Source of the DNA: Candidatus Bathyarchaeota archaeon
GTDB lineage: Archaea; Thermoproteota; Bathyarchaeia; Bathyarchaeales; Bathycorpusculaceae
DNA: 64,000 nt
Reading direction: 5' to 3'
Assembly (NCBI GenBank): GCA_963767735.1
Contig: CAVYES010000006.1
Coordinates: forward strand, 416,001 to 480,000
Shown: positions 21,013 to 30,820 of the stretch, piece after piece
Numbering within the stretch: the stretch's first letter is position 1
How the letters are laid out: each line of letters begins with the position of its first letter
Made by a program: the position numbers and the translations under genes
Notes under the pieces: generated by a model
Database searches by the model: none
What the model saw: only the letters and a program-made list of their open reading frames with translations
Told to the model about the DNA's origin: nothing

Positions 21013-21444
21013 TTCTTATTCTACGGTTGATAAGTTAAGTCTTGCCGTTTATACGGCTTAAAATTGAGTTTGGCTTGGTGTGTACCAAGTTGATTTTTTG
21101 GCTTTTGTCTTAGACGTCTGTGTGTGATCAAGCTACCCTCCCGGTCTGCTAGATGCTTCTATTAGGCTTCAAATATGATTCAACATAGTTCAACATAGAC
21201 GCAACGTCGCGCACTTTCAACATGAATTGATGCTTTTTTAACATACGAGAACTGTAGAATGCGCTGTTTACCCTTTGTTAACCGTGGTAAGAAAAGTCGG
21301 TTCCAATCAGTTCACGATGATGTTGTGGGTGAGCACCTAAATTTGATGATTTCGCGTTGGAGTTGTGTTTTGGGGAAGTTTTATATTTGTCGAGTGCAGA
21401 CCTTACTTTGTAAGGTATTTAAGTCTTACTTGATGGGGAAAAAC

Positions 21445-21906
21445 ATGACCTTGAGCTTTGGATACTTGACCGCTAAACAAAAAATGATCTGGGACCTAAA
21501 AAGCAGAGGACAACAAGAAGCCAGCATCGCAAGAAAACTCAACGTCACCCGCCAAACAATTCACAGCGTTCTAGACACAGCGAACCTCAAGATCGGCGAA
21601 GCCCTACAAGAGGTAGCAACAATCAACAAAATCGAAGTCGAAACCCTCGACCCAAACAGAGGATTCCTCAAAGGATACAGCAACCACTTCAAAACCCAAG
21701 CCTTCGTCACCTTCTCAGCCAAAAACGGTATCCAACTCTGGTACAAACACGAAGGCGACTGCGAAAAATGCAATAAACTCCAAACCTGCAGAGACACGTT
21801 GCTTGTGGAGGCAAAAGACCGCAACTTCCTACTGCTGGATGATACGAGCAAGATTTTGCCCTCCAAACTTGCAGAAGCCCTATTCGCAAAAATAACAGGT
21901 GAATAG
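21445..21906 (+). CDS. HTH transcriptional regulator (sigma70-r4/LuxR-like HTH) with a C-terminal C-x2-C-x5-C domain
   Basis: LTAKQKMIW...QEASIARKLNVTRQTIH is an HTH; the tail contains WYKHEGDCEKCNKLQTC. Start placed at MTLSFGYL. Confidence 0.8.
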   Translation: MTLSFGYLTAKQKMIWDLKSRGQQEASIARKLNVTRQTIHSVLDTANLKIGEALQEVATINKIEVETLDPNRGFLKGYSNHFKTQAFVTFSAKNGIQLWYKHEGDCEKCNKLQTCRDTLLVEAKDRNFLLLDDTSKILPSKLAEALFAKITGE

Positions 21907-21908
21907 AC

Positions 21909-23441
21909 ATGGGTATTCGTAAAAGACTTAAAGATTTTAGAAATTGGTGCCCTCAACCGCCAGACCGCTTGCCCACCCAACTGAGAAGGTATTATGTGCC
22001 CATTGCCGCCATAGTTACAGCAAGCATTATTCTGTCCGTTTCATTCTTCGCTTTTTCAGGCTTAATGTCTAACATGTCGGTTCCCGTGATTCCCTTAGTT
22101 AACGTTGGCTCATCGACTAACCCTACTCTACTCTGGAACTATACCACTGGCAACTTAGTTTATTCGCCTCCCACCATCAACAACGGAGTACTCTACGTAA
22201 GCTCCTTAGACGGAAACATTTATGCCTTAAACGCTACCAACGGGGCGAAAATTTGGAATTTCACAACTAGCGGTCAGGTTTTTGCGAGTCCTGATGTTGT
22301 CGATGGTGTCGTTTACGTAGGCTGCGCTGTGCTCCCACCGCCTAGTGAGTTAGGCACTTTAACAACGGGGGGCGCCGTATATGCTTTGAACGCTACTAAC
22401 GGTGTCCAACTCTGGAAATATGTCACCAGTGGCTATGGTGTTTCTTCATGTCCAGTTGCTATCGGTGGTGTTGTCTATGTTGGCTCATGGGACGGTAACA
22501 TCTATGCTTTGAACGCTACAAGCGGCGCCAAGCTTTGGAATTATAATACAGGTGGAGCTGTTTATTCTTCTGCTGTCGCTGGCGGCATAATCTACGTTGA
22601 CTCTTCTGACGACAATGTATACGCTCTTAACGCTACCAACGGTGATAGACTCTGGAACTGCCTCACAAGCAGCGCATTACTGATCAGTTGGGGGGGCGTG
22701 CTATATCCGATTTGGTCATCTCCTGTCGTTGTCGGCGCAGCGGTCTACGTATGCAGCGACAATGGTACCGTCTACGCCTTGAATGCTGAAAGTGGCACGC
22801 TTCTTTGGAATTACAACACCACCCGCATTGAGCCATACTATCAAGTTACGATTTTGTCATCTCCTAGCGACGTCAGCGGAGTACTCTACCTAAGCTCCCA
22901 AGACGGAAACATTTATGCTTTGAACGCCACCAACGGCGTAAAAATCTGGAACACCACCAGCGGTGAATTCGATACCTTGTTCAGCACATCTCCTGCCGTT
23001 GTTGGTGGCGTGATTTACGCAAGTTCCTATGATACCTTAGGAAATGGCACTTTGTGTGCTTTGAACGCTATCGACGGTGACCAACTCTGGAACTTCACTA
23101 TTCCAAACAGTTACTACCTGACTACATCTCCTACCTTCTTTAACGGAGTAGTTTATGCAGGCTGCGCCAACAGCGTTTATGCATTAAGAGTTGCGTCTCC
23201 GACGCCTTCACCAACGCCGCCACCTTCAACCGCTATTTCGAACACCCAACTCATAATCATCGGAGGGTTAGTTGCAGTGATAATTGCTGCTACAATGGTT
23301 CTTTTAATGTTTAAAAGGAGACTTAAAATCAAAAGCGCAAGCCCACCGTCTACAACACATAACTCCATCAATTTCATCTGTTCAAATTCACAGAGCTACT
23401 ATGTTTGGAAACCTTCTTCACAAAAATACACGGGCGAATAG
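21909..23441 (+). CDS. WCP-leader membrane protein 1: PQQ/BamB-like beta-propeller
   Basis: Leader RLKDFRNWCPQPP, a TM segment, repeated YALNATxGxxLWNY blades, a PT linker and a C-terminal TM. Confidence 0.85.
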   Translation: MGIRKRLKDFRNWCPQPPDRLPTQLRRYYVPIAAIVTASIILSVSFFAFSGLMSNMSVPVIPLVNVGSSTNPTLLWNYTTGNLVYSPPTINNGVLYVSSLDGNIYALNATNGAKIWNFTTSGQVFASPDVVDGVVYVGCAVLPPPSELGTLTTGGAVYALNATNGVQLWKYVTSGYGVSSCPVAIGGVVYVGSWDGNIYALNATSGAKLWNYNTGGAVYSSAVAGGIIYVDSSDDNVYALNATNGDRLWNCLTSSALLISWGGVLYPIWSSPVVVGAAVYVCSDNGTVYALNAESGTLLWNYNTTRIEPYYQVTILSSPSDVSGVLYLSSQDGNIYALNATNGVKIWNTTSGEFDTLFSTSPAVVGGVIYASSYDTLGNGTLCALNAIDGDQLWNFTIPNSYYLTTSPTFFNGVVYAGCANSVYALRVASPTPSPTPPPSTAISNTQLIIIGGLVAVIIAATMVLLMFKRRLKIKSASPPSTTHNSINFICSNSQSYYVWKPSSQKYTGE

Positions 23442-23443
23442 GA

Positions 23444-24788
23444 ATGGGTTTGCATAAGAGATTTAGGGATTTTAGGGATTGGTGTCCTCAGCCACCAGAT
23501 CGTTTGCCTAGAAGACTGAAACAGTATTCTGTTCCAATCACTATCCTGCTCACGGTAACCCTTTTCGCTGCTTCATTTTCAATTTTCTACTCAGGCAGCA
23601 TGTTCCACCCTTCCATACCACTGGCGCCCGCAATACCTATGAGCGCTATCGCTCAATCTTCGAGCACCTTTTACATTGGGCCTTCAAATACCATTTACAT
23701 TAGACCAGATGGAAGCATAGATCCTTCAACAGCGCCTATAAAACGAGTAGGAAACGTCTACACACTTACAGACAACATAGCTAACAACAATGGGACCGCA
23801 ATCGAGGTTCAGAAGGATAACATCGTTATTGACGGAGCGGGCTTTACGCTTCAAGGTCCAGGAACTCCACTTCCCCTGACTGATGAACTTACCGGTGGTA
23901 TTGGCATCGATATTTCAAATGGAAACAACGTTACAGTAGAAAATTTTCTGATTACCAACGCTTTGGTTGGTATCGAACTTGAAAACAGTGCCAACTCACA
24001 ACTAATCCAAAACAACATAACAACCTACTCGTATGAAAATGGCATCGATGTTTTTAACTCCTCAAACAACGCGATATCCAACAATAACATCGTCTCGTAT
24101 GCTAACCTTGATGGTTGCCAAAACAACGGCATTAGACCTGAGCAATTCTTTTAACAACACAGTTTCCAAAAACAACGTGGTAGGAAGCTGGATAGGTATC
24201 TACTTGGGGATACAAATAGCAGTGTTGTTTCTGGGAACAGCGTTACCCAAAGTTGCACGGGAATAGGTCTCTTTGCTTCTGATGCTAACCAAGTGTTTGG
24301 AAACAACGTGTTTGGAACAGTCGAAGCTATCTCTCACTGGAGATTATCCTGATTCTGGAACAGGCATAACACTCTACGATAAAGCAGACTATAACCAAGT
24401 TTACGGAAACAACCTCATCAACAACGGTAATGGCATGAATGTGTGGTTTGGTTCTTCAAACAATACAATATACGATAACAATTTTGAAAAAAACCAGTTC
24501 GGTCAAGTAAACCTCTCACAGGAATCTGGAGTAAGCAACTTTTGGGACAACGGTACAATAGGTAATTACTGGAGCGATTATCATGGGCAGGGAACATACG
24601 TCATTGATAACAATAACGTTGACTACCATCCGCTTACGCATTCGACGCTGCTTTCTGCTATACTGCCGATTGCCACTATTGCCACCGTTGCATCCGTGGT
24701 GGCTCTTGTTTCCTCACTGTTGCTTTATAGAAGGTATCGAAAGAGGCAAGTAAACGAGCAAAAACAAATTGAAACTCGGGTGAGTTGA
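23444..24788 (+). pseudogene. WCP-leader membrane protein 2: NosD-like right-handed beta-helix with about 3 frameshifts
   Basis: Leader RFRDFRDWCPQPP, IYIRPDGSIDP, NNxIxxNxI repeats, WDNGTIGNYWSDY and DYHPL. The reading frame shifts near 24135, 24208 and 24330; these may be sequencing errors. Confidence 0.75.
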
Positions 24789-24789
24789 A

Positions 24790-27591
24790 ATGGGTCTGCG
24801 TAAAAGGTTTAGGGATTTTAGGGATTGGTGTCCTGAGCCACCAGACCGATTTCCTGCAAAATTGAAACGATATTCCATGCCCATCGTTGCGGTGGTAACG
24901 GTAACCCTTATTTTGTCCATGTCATTTTTCGTGTTTTCATCAAGCTTAATATCTAATCCGACCGTTCCAATCGTGCCCTTAGCCAATGGACAAAGCACTT
25001 GGAGTAGGCAGACTGTATCGACCGATGATACCTTCGGAGCAATCTACATGGCTTTGGACTCAAACAACAATCCGCACGAAGTCTATACTGGAGCAAATGG
25101 CTTAATGTATTATGCGAGTTGGGACGGTTCAAGCTGGGAAATTCAAAGTGTCATCCAAGGAGGCACCCCAGACAGTCTCGTATTGGACTTAAACAATAAC
25201 CCACATATACTCTACAAAGGGGCTAACGGGGTAACATATTATGCAAGCTGGGACGGGTCGAACTGGAACTTTCTAACTGTACCAACAGGCTACGGATACT
25301 CTCTTGCTTTGGATTCAGAGGGCAACCCACATTTAGCTTATGAAAACGTTTTGCCAGTTTCAGAGTATCCTTCGGGAATTACCAATGATATTTCTATGTT
25401 GAATTATGCAAGTTGGAATGGCTCAGGCTGGAGCGTTCAAACGGTTGACGAACCGATAAGCTATACTGACAGTATTTATTTGGCTTTAGATCAAAGCAAT
25501 AACCCGCACATAATGTACGGCTACGATACTTATTATCCGCCGAATGGTGGTGAGCTATTTGCAGTGAAGTTCGCTGTCTGGAATGGCTCAGGTTGGAACA
25601 TTCAAACAGTCTTCTCCAATTTGGGTTATTTCGGAGACCTGGTTTTAGATTCGAGTGGTTATTCCCACTTTATTTACTCGAAAGATTCTTCATTGATGTA
25701 TGCAAGCTGGAACGGGTCAGTTTGGAATACACAAACTGTTATTTCGAATAATAGCTACGGCAACCCCAGCCTCGCGTTAGACTCGCACAATGACCCAAGT
25801 ATCGAGTTCTTCAACGGCTCTTTAATGTATACTAGCTGGACAGGTGCAGGCTGGAATATTCAAACTGTCGCCCCAAGCAACTTCGCTTACGCAGCGGGTC
25901 CTTTAGCGTTAGACTCTAACGGTAACCCGATTATCTGCTACTGGGTGGATGACATACGCAACACCACAGCTTTTGTCAGCCAATTAATTATTACCTCACC
26001 CACGCCTTTGCATGCTACACAGGCCCCTAAGCCTTCGCCCACTACACTTAAAACGTTGCCACCCACTTCAGTCTCAGTTACCAAACTCTGGGACTTTACA
26101 CCTGCCCAAAGTGAAATCATTTCTTCAGTTACGGCAAATGGCAATATTTACTTTACATCTGGGAACAGCGGCGCGCCTCCTGCGACCTTGTATTGCCTTG
26201 ACGCTTCCACTGGCGCCCAAATCTGGAACCAAACGGGCATCTTGAACGGATTTACGGTTGCAAACAGGTATGTCTACGTTGACGAGGGTTTGCCAGGTGC
26301 AGTTGCGTGCTTGAACGCTTACACGGGTGTCCAACTCTGGAATTATTCTTTCGGAACAGATTTTGGCACTCCTACGGTAGATGGAGGCATAGTCTATGTT
26401 GGAGGACAAAGCTACACATTGTCAACGGATGCAGATGTTGGCTGCGTTTATGCTTTCAATGCTTTAACTGGAGCAGTAGTTTGGAACTTCACAGGTTCAG
26501 CGCAGACTCGCTTTGACTTAAGTCCCTTAGTTGTTGCAGGTGAAAGCGTTTATGCCGTTAGCGCGTTCCTGTCAGATTACGACAGCTCTTGGCATGGTGC
26601 TGTTTACGCGTTAGATGCTTCCACAGGAAAAGAACTATGGAATTACACAGCCCTTAGTGATTTTAGTTCAGTTGTTGCTAGTGGCCAAGAAGTCTACATT
26701 AGTTCTAGCTTTGTTGACACTACCAACTACGTAAATACTGAGAACGTCAACGGAAAAATCTATGAAGGCGGCATTCTTTCCCTCAACGCATTTAATGGGG
26801 CAAAAGTTTGGAACTATCCAACCGACAGTTCTGTTGAGTCTCTTATTGTCGCCAATGACACGGTTTATGCAGACTCCGGTGACGGTATCGTATATTCTTT
26901 TGATGCTTCAAACGGTATGGCGAACTGGAATTATGCTGCCGGGACAGGTATAGGCTCTCTCATCTTAGTTAATGGCTACCTTTATGCAGGCTCCTCCTCG
27001 GGCGTCTACTGCTTCGATTCAACCAATGGCAAAATTATTTGGAACTTCGCAACCAGCGACTTTACTGATTCGTCCACCACTTATCCGACGTATGCTGATG
27101 GTTTAATTTATTTGGGGTGGAATGGTCCCATGTTTTTCTCGCCTGCAACTCAGCATGACTTCTACGCTCTTGATGCATGGACTGGTCAAAAACTTTGGAA
27201 CTATACACTGGACTATACAGTTTCATCTTCTCCTGTAGTTGCAGGTGGCACCGTTTACATAGGCGGCAATTTCGTGAGCACTAAAAGCCCAGATTATGAA
27301 GGACCAGGCGCTGTTTTAGCTCTAAAAACAAATGCTGCATCTTTGCCGTTTACACAGCCGCCATCATCTTCAACTTCAACATCATCAACGCCCCAAACTC
27401 AAGATTTGTTAAATCCTGTTCTACTTGCTTCTCTGACTGTAATTGTGGTTGTCATTGCTGTTATGGCTGTTCTACTTTTAAGACACAGGAAAATGACTAA
27501 CAAGACTTCTCCAAGTCCTGATCTATCATCCAAATTTTTTCAGAAAACATGGTTCTCAAAAATCAGGGGAGTTAAAAATGGGTTTGCGTAG
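24790..27591 (+). CDS. WCP-leader membrane protein 3: LALDSxxNPH/YASWxGSxW propeller plus PQQ-like propeller
   Basis: Leader RFRDFRDWCPEPP, two distinct repeat domains, an S/T linker and a C-terminal TM. Confidence 0.85.
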   Translation: MGLRKRFRDFRDWCPEPPDRFPAKLKRYSMPIVAVVTVTLILSMSFFVFSSSLISNPTVPIVPLANGQSTWSRQTVSTDDTFGAIYMALDSNNNPHEVYTGANGLMYYASWDGSSWEIQSVIQGGTPDSLVLDLNNNPHILYKGANGVTYYASWDGSNWNFLTVPTGYGYSLALDSEGNPHLAYENVLPVSEYPSGITNDISMLNYASWNGSGWSVQTVDEPISYTDSIYLALDQSNNPHIMYGYDTYYPPNGGELFAVKFAVWNGSGWNIQTVFSNLGYFGDLVLDSSGYSHFIYSKDSSLMYASWNGSVWNTQTVISNNSYGNPSLALDSHNDPSIEFFNGSLMYTSWTGAGWNIQTVAPSNFAYAAGPLALDSNGNPIICYWVDDIRNTTAFVSQLIITSPTPLHATQAPKPSPTTLKTLPPTSVSVTKLWDFTPAQSEIISSVTANGNIYFTSGNSGAPPATLYCLDASTGAQIWNQTGILNGFTVANRYVYVDEGLPGAVACLNAYTGVQLWNYSFGTDFGTPTVDGGIVYVGGQSYTLSTDADVGCVYAFNALTGAVVWNFTGSAQTRFDLSPLVVAGESVYAVSAFLSDYDSSWHGAVYALDASTGKELWNYTALSDFSSVVASGQEVYISSSFVDTTNYVNTENVNGKIYEGGILSLNAFNGAKVWNYPTDSSVESLIVANDTVYADSGDGIVYSFDASNGMANWNYAAGTGIGSLILVNGYLYAGSSSGVYCFDSTNGKIIWNFATSDFTDSSTTYPTYADGLIYLGWNGPMFFSPATQHDFYALDAWTGQKLWNYTLDYTVSSSPVVAGGTVYIGGNFVSTKSPDYEGPGAVLALKTNAASLPFTQPPSSSTSTSSTPQTQDLLNPVLLASLTVIVVVIAVMAVLLLRHRKMTNKTSPSPDLSSKFFQKTWFSKIRGVKNGFA

Positions 27592-29092
27592 GAGATTTAG
27601 GGATTTTAGGGATTGGTGTCCACAACCGCCCAATCCTCTACCCACTAATCTTAAGCGGTATTCTGCTACAATCGCAGTTGTGCTGGCGGTTACTGTTCTT
27701 TCAGCAGCACTGTTTACGGTTTCGTCAAGTTACCTTTTAGGCTCTTCGGTGAAAACGCTACCAATTTTACCGCTGTCTGCGCAGAAGACGTCTGCCTCAC
27801 CTAATATAGCGCAACTCTGGAACTTATCAATAGGTTTGCAGAGTGGTTCGCCTACCTTTTCCAACGGCTACCTCTACGCAGAATCCGCTGTGTTAAACGG
27901 CAATGCTTATTGCCTTAACGCTTCAACAGGCACCCAAATATGGAGTTTCCCGCTAGGGGACACAGACCTTAGCAGCTTTTTTCCTTATGGTTTTATCTTT
28001 TCGCCAGTTGTTTCAGGAGCATACGTTTACGCGGGCGCTTCAATTGCCATTAACATTGGGTATTACGACGTCATCTATTGCCTAAACGCATTAACAGGAG
28101 CTGAATTGTGGAACTTCACTTATGGGCCATCCACAGCTAACTATGCTCCTGCAGTGGCTAATGGGTACGTTTACGCTGTTTCGGGTTTTCCAAGTAAAGT
28201 TGACGTTTACGCGCTCAATGCTGCAACAGGAGCCTCAGTATGGAACTTCACTACGGGCGCCACTATTGAATCGTCGCCAACTGTAGCAAATAACGTGCTG
28301 TACGTTTCATCAGGCAGCACAGTTTTTGCTCTAAATGGCGTAACTGGAACGGAGATATGGAATTACCCCACGGGCAATACTGCTGCATCTGCCACTATCA
28401 GCAACGGCGTAGTTTACTTTGCGTCTGGAAACCTTCTCTATGCCCTTGACGCTGAAAGCGGAACGCAAATCTGGAATGCATCAACGCCTCAAACAATCGC
28501 AACGGATTCTCCCCCTGCAGTAGCCAACAACTTGGTCTATGTAAGCTCCAATGACACAGTCTATTGCTTTTACACTTTGTCAGGTGCCCAAGCATGGAAC
28601 CAAGCAACCGCTGGGACAGCAACCTCTCCCGTAATCTCAAGCGGTAACGTTTACCTCGGTTCCAATGGCGTCAGCGTTTACTGTCTGAACGCCTCAACGG
28701 GAGACAAAGCATGGAACGTCACAGCTTTACCACATCTAACTGCAATGTACATGGATTTCACAGAGAACCAGATATTTCCAGGCATGGGGCCAATTCAAGG
28801 CGGTCCAATCCTGTACTCTCCCACTGTCGTCAACGACACCGTGTACATAAGCCTAAGTGCCTCAGCTTTTACTAGTCCAAATGGAGGAGACGTTACTAAC
28901 GTGGGTATCATTTTTGCGTTAGGACCTGCAACAACTCTTACCCCTTCACCTACGCCATCTCCCTCACCTACGTCATCTAACAATCTAACCATTATAATCG
29001 GAGTGGTAGTTGCAGTCGTTATTGTTGCCGCATTGGTATTCTTAATGTTCCTGCGTAAGAAAGGATTTACGTCAAAAATTAGGAGTGAATAA
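27578..29092 (+). CDS. WCP-leader membrane protein 4: PQQ/BamB-like beta-propeller
   Basis: Leader RFRDFRDWCPQPP, YCLNAxTGxxIWN blades, a TPSPTPSP linker and a C-terminal TM. Confidence 0.85.
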   Translation: MGLRRRFRDFRDWCPQPPNPLPTNLKRYSATIAVVLAVTVLSAALFTVSSSYLLGSSVKTLPILPLSAQKTSASPNIAQLWNLSIGLQSGSPTFSNGYLYAESAVLNGNAYCLNASTGTQIWSFPLGDTDLSSFFPYGFIFSPVVSGAYVYAGASIAINIGYYDVIYCLNALTGAELWNFTYGPSTANYAPAVANGYVYAVSGFPSKVDVYALNAATGASVWNFTTGATIESSPTVANNVLYVSSGSTVFALNGVTGTEIWNYPTGNTAASATISNGVVYFASGNLLYALDAESGTQIWNASTPQTIATDSPPAVANNLVYVSSNDTVYCFYTLSGAQAWNQATAGTATSPVISSGNVYLGSNGVSVYCLNASTGDKAWNVTALPHLTAMYMDFTENQIFPGMGPIQGGPILYSPTVVNDTVYISLSASAFTSPNGGDVTNVGIIFALGPATTLTPSPTPSPSPTSSNNLTIIIGVVVAVVIVAALVFLMFLRKKGFTSKIRSE

Positions 29093-29094
29093 AG

Positions 29095-29150
29095 ACGGAC
29101 ATGCATAAAAGATTTAGAGATTTTAGAGATTGATGTCCTCAACCAACTGC
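29095..29150 (+). pseudogene. Dead fifth WCP leader
   Basis: ACG GAC ATG CAT AAA AGA TTT AGA GAT TTT AGA GAT TGA TGT CCT CAA CCA: ATG changed to ACG and TGG to TGA, then truncated. Confidence 0.8.
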
Positions 29151-29159
29151 TAAGCTGTC

Positions 29160-29489
29160 TTACGTTTTGCAGGTGACCAAAACTGGAATGACCGTTTTTA
29201 ACTCCACAAAATATTCTTTCAATAGACCTTGCCCTTTTCTTGTAATTCGGTATTGTTTGCGGGCTTTTCCACGGGTGATCTCCCAGTTTGAAGATATTAG
29301 CTGCTGTTTCTCTAAATGTTTGAGTTCAGTATATAGGGTTGATGGGCCTAGGCGTATGCCGAATTTCTTGTATACCACCTTGAAGATGGCGTATCCATGT
29401 AGTCCGCGGTCGGATGTATCGTTTATGATGTTGAGCAAGACGCTTTCGAGGATTGCGCCGCGGAAAATTTTTTTGTTTAAAACTATCAA
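29160..29489 (-). CDS. PadR-family transcriptional regulator
   Basis: HGYAI, GPSTLYTELKHLE and RKQYRITRKG. Confidence 0.9.
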   Translation of the reverse strand: MIVLNKKIFRGAILESVLLNIINDTSDRGLHGYAIFKVVYKKFGIRLGPSTLYTELKHLEKQQLISSNWEITRGKARKQYRITRKGQGLLKEYFVELKTVIPVLVTCKT

Positions 29490-29989
29490 AACTTTTTCTC
29501 CTCCTGAGGGTTTCAGAACCCAATTACATATCTTAAGAGTGACGATTGAAGATATAAAACCATGTTGTAACTACCACACAACCACAAACAACAAAACAAC
29601 ACACAAACAACTAACCCAAAGACAAACAAAAACCGTGTGCTTTTTAAAAAACCCTTTAAACCCAGCAGCAAAGTTGAAGGCGCCTTGAAAAAGCCTTCTC
29701 CGGAAAGCAAAGCCAATTTAAAAAAACACGAGAAAAACAAAAATTAAGGCTGAGAAATTGCGAGTTCTTGTGGGTCAGCGATATTTGACGATTTCTCACA
29801 GCTTAGGGCTCGAAGCCGTCGCCTCACATCATCCCGAGGCTTACATGGGTCTTTGGAGAATTTATCTATTTTGTTGGAGCCTGCCACAGATTTTTGTTTG
29901 CTTGCTTACATAGGAACTTACGGTTTTAGGCATCAAGATTTTGTGAATTTGCTCTTTATTGCTCCATCTCAGAGAGGTTTTTTTAATTT

Positions 29990-30560
29990 TCTCTTCTAGT
30001 TAAAGGCTTATTTACAGCGCCTTCCTTGAATTCTTAATTTTTATTGCTTTTTGTCGCCTTTTAATGCCTTTTCTTTACTTTTTGTTACTTTTCTTTACTT
30101 TCTGTTACTTTTCTTTACTTTTCTTTACGCAACCTGCAAACGCCACAAGCTCTGAAACAGAAAAGCAACTTAGAACGGCTTGTTCAAAATTTGCCGCAAA
30201 ACAACTCAGAGCGACTCTTCAATAATCCGGCACAATTCCGCACAAATCCGCACAATTCGACACAAATCTGCACAAAAATGCACACAACCTGCAACCGAAT
30301 TGAGCCCTAAACGAAAAAAGCAACCCAAAACAACCAGAACAGTCAAGCAGCACTTACAAACGTTATATCCTCTTCAAAAAGGCGCAAAAGGACACAGAAA
30401 TACATTCTGCTACACTTCGCTACGCGATTATTTGCGATTAAACGCGATTATTCTCGATTATTTGCGATTATTCTAGATTCAACCTGCAAGCAATTTAAGC
30501 CCTAAACGAAAAAAGCAACCCAAAACAACAAGAAAAAGATTGCGCGGAAAAACGCAAGAG
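29990..30560. repeat. Three-unit super-repeat, each unit with a different 10-bp tandem array ending in CAACCTGCAA
   Basis: Arrays are TTCTTTACTT-like (30041-30130), CACAAATCCG-like (30221-30285) and TTTGCGATTA-like (30421-30480). CAACCTGCAA occurs at 30130, 30285 and 30480. Confidence 0.9.
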
Positions 30561-30751
30561 AATTCTCGCAACTGCAGAGTAATGGGTTAAATTGCATTGT
30601 TGTGTCGGAAGATTAGTACCAAAAAGGTTGCATGTGGCATGTTTGATTCTCATTATTTGCTTCAGATTAACGACATTTGACGAATCTAAATGTTTAAAAT
30701 GCCGCAAGGATAGGGTAATTTTAAACGTGTTATGTGAGGTGAAAAAAAGAC

Positions 30752-30820
30752 ATGATATTCGAAGAGGAAGATGAATGGGAAGAAGGCGAAGATGAAGAAT
30801 GGGAAGAAGAAGAATGGTAA
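30752..30820 (+). CDS. Tiny acidic Trp-containing peptide (22 aa)
   Basis: Strong GAGGTGA SD, then MIFEEEDEWEEGEDEEWEEEEW*, followed by a T-rich tract. Confidence 0.5.
   Translation: MIFEEEDEWEEGEDEEWEEEEW

Noticed and set aside
21909-21990. WCP leader as a Tat or lipoprotein signal
   Set aside because: RR is not conserved (RKR, HKR, RRR), and the Cys precedes the hydrophobic helix rather than following it as in a lipobox. Not fully excluded without prediction tools.
21909-29092. Diversity-generating retroelement acting on the propeller genes
   Set aside because: There is no reverse transcriptase and no near-identical TR/VR pair differing at adenines. The repeats are at the gene 5' ends.
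29990-30560. CRISPR array
   Set aside because: There are no identical 24-47-bp repeats with unique spacers of uniform length, and no cas genes in the window.
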